Assembly (NCBI GenBank): GCA_023418095.1
Contig: JAEZDL010000075.1
Coordinates: 1,800 to 65,799 of the forward strand
From: Bacteroidota bacterium
Lineage (GTDB): Bacteria > Bacteroidota > Bacteroidia > Flavobacteriales_F > PHOS-HE28
Direction of reading: 5' to 3'
Length of the DNA: 64,000 nucleotides
Of the stretch, positions 20,389 to 30,700 are shown piece after piece (the stretch's first letter is position 1; every line of letters begins with the position of its first letter). The position numbers were made by a program, and so were the translations under genes. The notes below the pieces were generated by a model, which ran no database searches, was not told the DNA's origin, and saw nothing but the letters and a program-made list of their open reading frames with translations.

Positions 20389-21957
20389 ATGAAACCAAGT
20401 ACGGAGTTACATGACCTGATCAGATCGCTGACAAAATCGGAGAAGCGGTTCTTCAAGCTGCACTCTTCGCTCCAATCCGGCGACAAGAACTACCTGCGGA
20501 TCTTCGACGCGATCGACAAGCAGAAAGTCTATGACGAAGAGGCGATAAAGAAGCTGTTCGCGAAGGAAACCTTCGTGAAGCATCTTCCATCGGAAAAGAA
20601 CCATTTGTACAAGTTGATCCTGAAGGCCCTTCGTGCGTACCATGCTGAAAGTTCGGTGAGCGGCATACTGAAGCAGGAGATCAAGAACATTGAGATCCTA
20701 TACCACAAGGCACTCTTCGTGGAATGCAACAAACTCCTGCATCGGGCCAAGCGTATCGCCCGTGAGAACGAACGGTTCTATTACTGGTTCGAGTTGCTGA
20801 GCTGGGAGAAGATGCTTTTGGAGGAAGCCTATGAATCGGGCGAGTTCACCAAGGACCTCGATGCGCTGATCGAAGAGGAACGGGAAGTGATCGAGAAACT
20901 TCGGAACCTGGCCGCGTACCACATCCTTTACTCCAAGATCAACTATGTGTTCCGCAGCGGTGGCTATGTGCGCACCGAGGACGAGCACGCGATGGTGGAG
21001 GAGATCAGTGAACATCCGCTGATCGTCGGGAAGAACACGGCACTATCGAAAAGAGCTGCCACGATCTGTTATTACACTCAGGGATTCTGTCATTGGGCGA
21101 AGCGCAATTGGGCCACCAGTCTGGAGAAATTCCAGCTTGCGCAGAAGATCATGGATGAGACCGAACTGCTCAAGAGCGATCTGCCCAAGCGCTACATCCG
21201 CACGTTGCATTACATCATCAATTGCCAGATCGAACTGCACGATCTGAAGAACGCCCGCGCGAACATCACACGCATGCGCTCGCTCTCAGGTACGCCAGGT
21301 TTCAACGGATTGAACATTGAAACGCAACTCTTCATCGCCAGTTATTTGAGCGAGTTGCGTTTGCTGGACCGATCTGGAGAATACAAGAAGGCGATGGGAC
21401 TTGTGGATGATGTGATCGCAGGTCTGGAACAGGGCGGCACACGTGTGCACAAGGAATACGAGCTGGAATTCTATTTCGCACTTGCATGCGTGCATTTCGG
21501 GGCGGGGCAGATGAACAAGGCCCTGTTCTGGTTGAACAAGGTGCTCAACGACAATGAGCCCACGCTCCGGCAGGACATCTTCACCTACGCGCGCCTCTTC
21601 AACCTCGTGGTGCATTACGAACTCGGCAATTACGATCTGCTGGAGTACATCGTGCGATCGACGCAACGTTTCCTCAACCGCCACCAGCGCGCCTACCAGC
21701 TGGAGACCATGCTGATCGAGCATATCCGGAAACTTGCACGTGCCACCGATCCCGTGGTGAAGAAGGAACTTTTCCGATCGATGCGCGATCAGCTCACCGA
21801 TCTGTTGAAGGATGCGAACGAAGGGCTCGTGCTGAAATATTTCGATGTGCTTTCGTGGGTGGAGAGCCACATCGCGGGACGCAGTTTCGCGGAAACGGTG
21901 AGCGTGGCAGAGGCGCGGCTCGCGAAGGATGTCATTTCTGAACGATCTCCGACTTGA
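20389..21957 (+). CDS. conserved-looking hypothetical protein, helical/TPR-like
   Basis: ORF 20359..21957 (TTG in the track) trimmed to the first ATG at 20389 (MKPSTELHDLIRSLTKSEKRFFKL...), giving 522 aa. No catalytic motif recognised. Confidence 0.7.
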   Translation: MKPSTELHDLIRSLTKSEKRFFKLHSSLQSGDKNYLRIFDAIDKQKVYDEEAIKKLFAKETFVKHLPSEKNHLYKLILKALRAYHAESSVSGILKQEIKNIEILYHKALFVECNKLLHRAKRIARENERFYYWFELLSWEKMLLEEAYESGEFTKDLDALIEEEREVIEKLRNLAAYHILYSKINYVFRSGGYVRTEDEHAMVEEISEHPLIVGKNTALSKRAATICYYTQGFCHWAKRNWATSLEKFQLAQKIMDETELLKSDLPKRYIRTLHYIINCQIELHDLKNARANITRMRSLSGTPGFNGLNIETQLFIASYLSELRLLDRSGEYKKAMGLVDDVIAGLEQGGTRVHKEYELEFYFALACVHFGAGQMNKALFWLNKVLNDNEPTLRQDIFTYARLFNLVVHYELGNYDLLEYIVRSTQRFLNRHQRAYQLETMLIEHIRKLARATDPVVKKELFRSMRDQLTDLLKDANEGLVLKYFDVLSWVESHIAGRSFAETVSVAEARLAKDVISERSPT

Positions 21958-23827
21958 TGATCTTGAATTCGGTGCGCCGGTTCTGCTGATGCTGTTCCTC
22001 CGTGCATTCCACATTGTCGCTGCACGTGTTCATCAATTGTGATTCGCCATAACCTTTGGCCACGATCTTCCGGGGATCCACGCCCTGTCGGATCAGAAAA
22101 TCAACCGCGCTCTTCGCACGTGCTTCGCTCAATACGAGATTGTAGAGTTCGCTTGCGCGGCTATCGGTATGTGAGCTCAGCTCAAAGGTGATATCCGGGT
22201 TGTTGATGAAGAGCCTTCCGAGCTTGCGTAGTTCCACCGCCGCTTCAGGCCGGATCTCCCATTTGTCATAATCGTAATAGATGTTGTTCACCAGGATCGG
22301 CTTGTCGAGTTCGATCGGTTTCATTTCCATCTCGATCGTGTAGGTCTTGTCCGAACGCTGTCCATCGGTGATCAGATCGATCGTTTCGGTGAGCATCTCA
22401 TCCTTCGATGCACGGATCTGGAGCTCGCGATCAGGCCTCACCCTGAATTCGAATTTCCCATCCTCACCGGTGATCGTGGTGAGCGATACCCCATTGATCA
22501 TATCGAGCAACCGTACGCTCACATCTGCGATCGGTTCATCCGATCCCATATCGATGCAGATCCCTTGTGCGATCAGCGTGGGTTCGTTCATGGTGAAGGA
22601 ATACAGCGCGTCCCTGCCGGACCGGTCCGAACTGAAGTAGCCGGTCCGCAGATCCCTGTTGAATACCAGGCCAAGATCATCAGCCGGACTATTGATCGGG
22701 TAGTGCATGTTCTGCGGAGTGCTCCATTCACCGTTGTGCACATGCGATCGGAAGATATCCGCACCACCCAATCCCACGCGGCCATTGGTGGAGAAGTAGA
22801 GTGTGTCGCCGCTCATGGTCGGGAACATTTCGTTGCCCGGTGTGTTGATGGTCGCGCCAAGGTTCTCCGGTTCGTTCCAGGTGCTGTCCGAGCGTGTGCA
22901 CCGGTAGATGTCCGTTCCACCGAGACCGCCCGGACGATCGCTTATGAAGTAGAGTGTGTTGCCATCGCTGCTCAATGCCGCATGGCCGGTGGAGAAGTGA
23001 TCACCGTTGTAGGCGAACTGGTGGATGTTGCCCCATTCACCAGTCGCACTTTTTTCCGATCGGAAGAGCTTGAGGTGGCTTACGCTGTTCTCATCCTTGT
23101 TCAATCGGAACTTGAAATAATCACTTCGCGTGAAATACATGGTGTTGCCATCGGTACTGAATACGGCGGGGCCTTCATGAAAGCGTCCGTTTATCTCGCC
23201 GGGAAGGCGCTCGGGCGTTGTCCATGTACCATTGTGATCACGAGTGATGTAAAGGTCCAGGAAGGACAGGCCGTTCCATGGATTCGTATTGCCTGCGGCG
23301 ATCGATCTTTCGCCCGCGAATACGATCGAATTTCCCAGGACCATCGGGCTGAATGCGCCTTCGATCCCATGCAGGTCGATCCTTTTCACGCTGAACAGCG
23401 AACTATCGGTATAGAGTTGTGATCGCTCCTCGGAGGCTTTCAACAAGCTGGCCGCGATCGGATCCCCAGGCATCGCATTGCTTGCCGATCGCAGCTTTTC
23501 AGTTGCGAGCTCAACCCGGTCCAGCCCGAGCAACACCTGGCCATACTGCATGGCATGCTGTGGTGCCAGCGATGAAATGCTCTCCGCGTAGGCGAACCAG
23601 TCTGCGGCTTTTTCGAGTTTGTTCTGGCGATGATAGGCATCCGCAGCGCGCAATGCCGCATTGCGGTCGTTGGAATGTTGCAGTGCCTTCTCGTAGCCGC
23701 AGGTCGCTTTTGCATAGGCCATGCGCTCGTACGCCCTGTCGGCGGTCGCCATGTGGTGTGCGGTGCATGAGGCCAGCACCATCATTGGAAGGATCACCAG
23801 GGTCTTGTTCTTCATCATGGCTGGCAT
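21932..23827 (-). CDS. OmpA-family protein with TPR-like N-terminus, PD40 (TolB-like) propeller repeats and C-terminal OmpA peptidoglycan-binding domain
   Basis: 631-aa ORF with repeated ...DGNTLYFISDRPGGLGGTDIY-type PD40 motifs. The C-terminus reads SHTDSRASELYNLVLSEARAKSAVDFL...GYGESQ...NRRTEFKII. The start overlaps the PorP/SprF stop. Confidence 0.88.
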   Translation of the reverse strand: MPAMMKNKTLVILPMMVLASCTAHHMATADRAYERMAYAKATCGYEKALQHSNDRNAALRAADAYHRQNKLEKAADWFAYAESISSLAPQHAMQYGQVLLGLDRVELATEKLRSASNAMPGDPIAASLLKASEERSQLYTDSSLFSVKRIDLHGIEGAFSPMVLGNSIVFAGERSIAAGNTNPWNGLSFLDLYITRDHNGTWTTPERLPGEINGRFHEGPAVFSTDGNTMYFTRSDYFKFRLNKDENSVSHLKLFRSEKSATGEWGNIHQFAYNGDHFSTGHAALSSDGNTLYFISDRPGGLGGTDIYRCTRSDSTWNEPENLGATINTPGNEMFPTMSGDTLYFSTNGRVGLGGADIFRSHVHNGEWSTPQNMHYPINSPADDLGLVFNRDLRTGYFSSDRSGRDALYSFTMNEPTLIAQGICIDMGSDEPIADVSVRLLDMINGVSLTTITGEDGKFEFRVRPDRELQIRASKDEMLTETIDLITDGQRSDKTYTIEMEMKPIELDKPILVNNIYYDYDKWEIRPEAAVELRKLGRLFINNPDITFELSSHTDSRASELYNLVLSEARAKSAVDFLIRQGVDPRKIVAKGYGESQLMNTCSDNVECTEEQHQQNRRTEFKIIKSEIVQK

Positions 23828-24753
23828 CAGAAATAGCGTGGCGTTTTGATCTTGATCAGTTCTCGTCCGAAGTCGATCCCGATCATCACTTCATGGCTTC
23901 CAGTGGAATGATCGCGAAGCCTGGTGGTAGTCATGTCATAGGCATAACCGATCCGCACCTGGCGGTCGATCTGGTATTCGAGCATCCAGATCAACGCGTC
24001 GCCCGTGCGGTACCCGGCACCGAACCAGATCCGTTCCCGATACAGCAGGTTGCAGTTCACATCCGCTTCGATCGGTGCGTTGTGCAGGTATTTCACCATG
24101 ACACTTGGCTTCACATCGAAGTACTCGCCCAGCGGGAATACCTTGCCCGCCTGCAGGTAGAAGTGTTGCTGGAAGTAGCGCGCGTTCAACCCGGATCGGT
24201 CCAACCTGATGCGGCGGTCGGTGGCGTGCAGGGTGGGAGCGGAGATGCCCACGAATGATGTGGCATCGTACCAATAGATCCCGAATCCGAATTTCCCGAC
24301 AAGCTTGTCGTTGATGTCGTTCTGGAAGACCTGATCGGACGGATCCCAGAATGTGAGATCGGTAAGTCTGGCCGAATAGATCGAGAAACCGGCGCGCAGG
24401 CCCAAGGACAATCTGCTTCGGCCGGAGAGTTTCAGGTGATAGGCGTAATGCCCGCCGATATCAAGATCGCGGCTCACACCGATCCTATCGTGCGCGATCG
24501 AAAGGCCAAGCCCCATCTTTCCGCTCATGATGGATCCATCAACGGCTGCCACGCTCGTGGTGGGCGCACCTTCCATCTGCATCCATTGTGTGCGGTGGAG
24601 AAGGCTCGTACTCGTGTAACCATGGCTGCCTGCGTAAGCGGGATTGAGCAGTAGACCGTTGAACATGTACTGGCTCACCATCACTTCCTGCTGTGCCAAT
24701 GCACAACCGGCGATCAGCATCGCCGCCCCGGTCATGATCTTGTGTAGTTGCAT
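23827..24753 (-). CDS. T9SS membrane protein, PorP/SprF family
   Basis: 308-aa ORF with the family N-terminal signature (QQEVMVSQYMFNGLLLNPAYAGSHG), located directly downstream of a type-B CTD adhesin gene. Confidence 0.9.
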   Translation of the reverse strand: MQLHKIMTGAAMLIAGCALAQQEVMVSQYMFNGLLLNPAYAGSHGYTSTSLLHRTQWMQMEGAPTTSVAAVDGSIMSGKMGLGLSIAHDRIGVSRDLDIGGHYAYHLKLSGRSRLSLGLRAGFSIYSARLTDLTFWDPSDQVFQNDINDKLVGKFGFGIYWYDATSFVGISAPTLHATDRRIRLDRSGLNARYFQQHFYLQAGKVFPLGEYFDVKPSVMVKYLHNAPIEADVNCNLLYRERIWFGAGYRTGDALIWMLEYQIDRQVRIGYAYDMTTTRLRDHSTGSHEVMIGIDFGRELIKIKTPRYF

Positions 24754-24771
24754 TTCGATGGATCTTTTTGA

Positions 24772-27700
24772 TCAGCGCCGCATGTCCACATAACCCTGTA
24801 GAACGCGTTCGCCACCGGCTACGGTGAGGATCACGAAGTAGGTGCCGTCGGCGAGCATTTCGCCATTGGAATTCTCGCCCGCCCAATCGTTCCTGTAGTT
24901 CGGTCGATCGAACACCACGTTCCCCCAGCGGTTGTATACGGTGAAGGTGTTCTTCGGATAGGCATCGAGCCCGCGGATGTGGAACACATCGTTCGCACCA
25001 TCGCCGTTCGGGCTGTAACCAGTGGGCATTTCCAGATCGGAGGGAGCGGTGAGCTCTATGGTGATCCCCGCCGTACAGCCATTCGCATCGATCACCTCGA
25101 TCAGGTAGGTGCCTGCTGCGAGTGATGATTGGAATACTCCCGATCCACCATTCGACCAACTGATCTGGTAAGGAGCGGATCCGCCGGAAGGTTCGATCAA
25201 TACGGTTCCATCATTCCCCTGGAAGCTGCTGATGTTGTATCCATTGCCATGATGCGAGAGCGTTGTGTCCAGTTGGATCGGTCCCATTTCTGCGACCTCG
25301 AACGCCATCACTGTCGTGCACCCCGCTGCATCGCTGATCGAAACGGTATGTTCACCTGCCGGAATGTGATCAAGGTCTTCTTCCGAGCTTCCATTGTTCC
25401 ATTGGATGCTGAATGGCGTGGTGCCACCTTCGATCGAAAGGTCGATCGCACCGCTGGATGTTCCTGCGCAGGCAGCATCGGTGATCACCGCAGAGGCCAG
25501 GATCGCAGGTGCACCACCAACGGTGAACGATGCGGTGAAAGCACAACCATTTTCATCGGTCACTTCGATCCCGTAGGTGCCCGATGCAATGTTCAACAGG
25601 TCTTCATTGGTTGAACCGTTGTTCCAATTGATGGTGTAGGACCCCGTGCCACCGAGCATGGTGATGTCGATGGAGCCGGAGGATCCGCCGCAGGGCGCGT
25701 CGGTCACAACCGCATCGGCACTGATCGCGGAGGGTTCGGTGATCACGAGGCAATCCTGGAAGTTGCAACCGTTCTGATCGGTCAATGAAAGGCAATATTC
25801 ACCAGCAGTGATGCCCGTTAGTTCCGGGCCGGCATCCGGCTGCACGCCATTCCCGGTCCAGATATGGGATAACGATCCCGCGCCACCCGTCACATCCGCC
25901 TGAAGTATGCCGTCAGCGCCGCCATGGCAGCTCACGTTCATGCTTGCGAACGCGATGGCGAGTTGTGGTGGCGCGCCGACCTGCACCACATGATCCACGG
26001 TGCATCCGTTGATATCCGTGATCGTGGCCATGTAGGTGCCAGAGCCGATCGAAGTAAGATCCTCCTGCGTCCCGATCGCACCGCCCGGACCGGCCCACGC
26101 GATGTCGTAACCACCGCTTCCGCCCGTGATCGCAAGATCGATCGAACCATCGGTAGCCCCGGGACAACTCACCTGGTAACCACCATGGTCGCTCACCTGA
26201 CTGCTGACCTCGATCGACGAATCAGGTTGGGTAAGTGTGATCAACGTATTGAATGAACATTGGTTCGCATCGATCACAACCAGTTCGTAGGAGTAATCGC
26301 CTGCAGGCAGATCATAGATGTCGGACATGTTCCAGACAAGGCTGTCGGGCCCGCGCCAGAAGATCTCATACGGTCCGGATCCACCTGAAACATTGGCTTC
26401 GATCCAGCCATCATTGCCGCCATGGCAGCTCACGTTGTCACCACTTGGATGGATCGAAGTGTTGAAGGTGGCACTGATCGTATCCAACGGTTGCGTGAGC
26501 GTTATCGTTGTATCAATGCTACAGCCATGCTGATCGGTGATCGAGACCTGGTATGCGCCGGCGACCAGACCGCTCAGGGATGAAGCCGTTGCATTGTAGC
26601 CGTCAGGACCGCTTACCTGGATCTGGTACGGTGCCGTGCCGCCGGCCGGATCGAACGCGATCGCACCCGTGCTATCACCTACGCACTGCAAATTGTACAT
26701 CCCATAAAATGACACATATGTTCCAGAGGTGATCGGTTCCGGATCCTCGAGTTGGGTACTGAAGGAAGCGACACATCCGAGCTGATCGGTCACTTCAAGC
26801 ACGTAAATACCTGCTGGCAATGGACCGATCGATGCCTGGTCGGAAGTGAAGCCGTACGGTCCGGTCCATGCGAGGCCGAGCATTCCATTGCCGCCGTTCA
26901 CATCGGCATCGATGCTTCCTGCAGAACCGCCGTAACAAAGGTTCGATGTGACCATGAGTTCCGCGGCTATTGGCGACGGTGCGGTCAGTTCAATGCTCTC
27001 AGCGACCGTACAGCCGTTCGCATCGGTGATCAACAGATCGTACACACCCGCCACCAGTCCGGAAATGTCGCTTGCGGTCGATCCGTATCCGTTAGGTCCT
27101 GTCCAATCATAAGCATAGTCGCTCGTGCCACCCGATACCTGCAGACTGATGCTTCCGTCATTCCCTGCGCAGCCGACATTCACGCCAAAGCCCATATCAC
27201 TCGCTGTCGCGATCACTGACAGCGGTGAAGGTTCCGTAAGAACGACAGTGCCAGTCGTAGTGCATCCGTTGGCGTCCGTCACCAGCAGTTCGTACTCACC
27301 TGCCGGAAGATCGATCTGGTCCACATCGGCTGACGTCGAACCATTGGGCAGGGTCCATAAGGCTGCATATGGCGGTGTACCCCCGGTAATGCCTGTGGAA
27401 ATGGAAGCCGAGCTTTCGCCGTGGCACCGGATGTTGAAGCCGCCGTTGTATGTGGCGCTTGATACAGTGATCGAAAGCGGCATCGGCTCAGCGATCTGGA
27501 TGCTGGAATTCGCGGTGCATCCGTTCGCATCGGTGATCGAGATCGTATATGGACCGGCGATCAATTGGTCGATGTCGGCATCGATCGAAGTGAAGCCGTT
27601 CGGGCCGCTCCACTGGATCGAATACGGCGCCACACCGCCATCCATTGTCGTGGTGATGCTTCCATCGGCAGAACCTGTGCATGACGTTGAAGCCATCGTA

Positions 27701-30700
27701 GCGACCGGATCGACCATAAGTGGTTCGGGCGCGATCAACTCGAATGTTGCCGTAGCCATGCAGCCGTTCACGTCCATTACGATCACTTCATGGATCTCTT
27801 CCGATAGTCCTTCGGGATCCTCTGCGGTATCGCCATTGCTCCACAGGAAAGTGAATGGAGCGATACCACCGGTGAGGGTAAGATCGATGGTGCCATCATT
27901 GCCACCAGCACAACTGATGTTGTAGCCGTTCACCATGGAAAGCATCGCGTTGATCTCGATCGGCGGTGGTGCCTGTAGTTGGATCGAGCCACCGGCGGTG
28001 CAACCGTTCGCATCGGTCACAGAAACCTCATATATGCCAGCGCCCAACAGTTCGATGTCCTCAGAGGTCGCATGAAATCCCTGGTTGTTGTACCATACGA
28101 TGGAATACGGCGGGATACCGCCGGAAATGGAGAGGTCGATGCTGCCATCATCTGTGCCGGTGCATGATACATGATGTCCGCCGGGGAATGTGAAAGGAGT
28201 GATCTGCAGTTCGATCGGCGCAGGAGCTTGAAGCACGATCGTATCGTTGATGGTGCAACCGTTCCCATCGATCACATTGAGGTAGTATGTGCCAGCCTCA
28301 AGTGCTGTAAGGTCCTCCACGCCGGTGACGTTATCGTCCTCATCGCGCCAAGCGTAGTTGTAAGGCTCGTAGCCACCATTCACTGTAACATCGATCCAGC
28401 CATCGCCACCTCCTGCGCAACCGATCCCGAAGCCATTGTAATTCGATATGTCCAGTTCGTGCGAAAGGATCTCAACAGGACCTTGGATCTCGATCGGGAT
28501 CGATTTCGGAACATCGCAGCCGTTGTTGTCAACCACCTGGGCCACGTACATTCCAGGTGCGAGTCCCGTTGCCGTGAAACCGGTCTGCGGTGGGACCGTG
28601 TTCCATGTCACGCTGAAGGAATTGCTTCCGCCCCAGACTGAAACGGTGGCGAAACCATCGTTGGCACCAAAGCAGGTGACGTGAGCATAGTCCTCGATCA
28701 TCCCATTGATCGCGAATTGCGGTCCTTCGATCGAAACGTTCGCCGATGCTGTGCATCCATTGGCATCCGTTGCCGTTACAGTATAGGTCCCCTGTGAAAG
28801 ATCCGATGCATTCGTGCCGGTCTGCGCCGGCGTGGAATCCCATTCATAGGTATACGGACCTGTTCCGCCGGAGGCGAGTGCGCTGGCCGTTCCTTGTGCA
28901 CCACCCGAGCACAGTTCATTCGTGAACGAAGTGATGCTCACTGCAAGTGGTGCCATGGGTCCATCGATCACGATTGATCCGGAGGCCGTGCAGCCATTCT
29001 GGTCCGTCACGGTGACCATATGCGTTCCGGCCGGAAGGCCGGATATGGCCGAACCGGAAAGCGCTGCTCCGTTGTAATGGAAAGTATATGGCGGAGTTCC
29101 GCCGGTTGCTGACAAGGTGCCGCCACCATTGTTGGAACCGAAGCAGGTGACCGCGACCGCATCCAAAAGAACCGGAGCGCTCAATGGTGAAGTGGTCAAC
29201 TCCATGATGCCAGCATCGATCGTGCTTTCACAACCGTTGGCGTGCTGGGCGATCGCCGTATAGGACCCTGAAGGCACCCCCGTCAGGGTCGAGCTTGTCA
29301 GGGTTGGATCGTTGTTCCAGATGATGGAGGTGATCGGCGAACCGGTGGGGATGACTTCCGCTCCCCCGGTGTTCGTTCCGAAGCATGCGACATGATCCAA
29401 TTGTACGATCTGCAGCGATGTGATCGGCGATCCCGGAATGTTCGCGGTCGCGGTAGCCACGCAACCATTGGCATCGGTAACCACCACGGTGTGATCCCCA
29501 CCAGTATTGAACCCGGCCGTGGCGCTCGTTTGCACGGGCATCGTATTCCATGCGTAACCGTAAGGCGCCGTTCCGCCGGAAGCGATCGCAGTGCCGGAGC
29601 CATGAGGTTCCACATCGTTCTGGCATTGTTCCACCGCCACGATGTTCCCGATGGAGACCGATAAAGCGTTCGCAGGTTGAGCGATCGCGACAGATGCCGT
29701 GGCCTGGCAGCCATATCCATCGGTTATGGTGACCGTGCGTGTACCAGCGGAAAGGTTCGTAGCCGTAGCTGTATTTTGGATCGGGCTTGAATTCCAGGCA
29801 TACGTGTACGGTGGCATTCCGCCACTGATCGTCGCAGTGGCCGCACCCGTGCTCGATCCATTGCATGCGATGTGGTCGACATCTGTGATCCCGGCTGCCA
29901 ACGGTGGTGGCTCGGTGAGCGTACGGCTCACCTGTACCGTGCAACCATTCTGATCGGTGATCGTGGCGTTGTAAGTTCCTGCAGGTATGGATGTGAGGTT
30001 CAGTGAATTCGAACTGAAGCCGTTCGGGCCTGTCCAAGCCACCGCATAGGGAGCGGCGCCGCCGCTGATCGAAAGGCCGATCGAGCCGGTGGATGAGCCT
30101 GCGCATGCGATGTTCTGGCCATAGGTGAGCACAGGTGCATTGGTCGCTGCCGTGAGGGTAGCTGGCATGTTCACGTTGAAGCTCTGGCTCTTCGAACATC
30201 CGCTGCCATCGGTGACCGTTACCGTATAAGTGCCCTGGCCGATGTTCACCAGATCTTCCGTGATGAACGAGGCGCCGTTCGGCCCGGTCCAATTGTAGGT
30301 ATAGGGAGCGCTTCCACCGGAAACCGTCAGGTTGATCGCGCCATTGCCCTGGCCGTTGCAGAGCGGTTGCGTCACGATCGCTGAAAGCGAGGGGGCCACC
30401 ACGTTCACGGTGCGCTGTATGGTACGAACGCATGCACCATGGGCGATCGTGGCCGTATAGGTGGTCGTTATGGCCGGTGTAACGATCGGATCGGGAATGT
30501 TCGTGGCGCTCGATCCGTTAGCGGGGCTCCAGGAGTACGTGGCTCCGCCTGTGGCCGTGAACTGCACGCTGCCACCTGCGCAGATCGTGGTGTTCCCGGG
30601 TGTAACGCTCGCGGGTAGCTCATCCACGATGGTGAAGTCGAGCGTGTCGCTGATCGCTGTCGGGCAGTTCGGATTTCCGAGGATGAAGCGCAGGTATTCA

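Noticed and set aside
25062-30612. Possible CRISPR array, because of the regular repeats.
   Set aside because: The repeat unit is about 225-255 nt, diverged, contiguous (no spacers) and entirely inside one long ORF. No cas genes are present.
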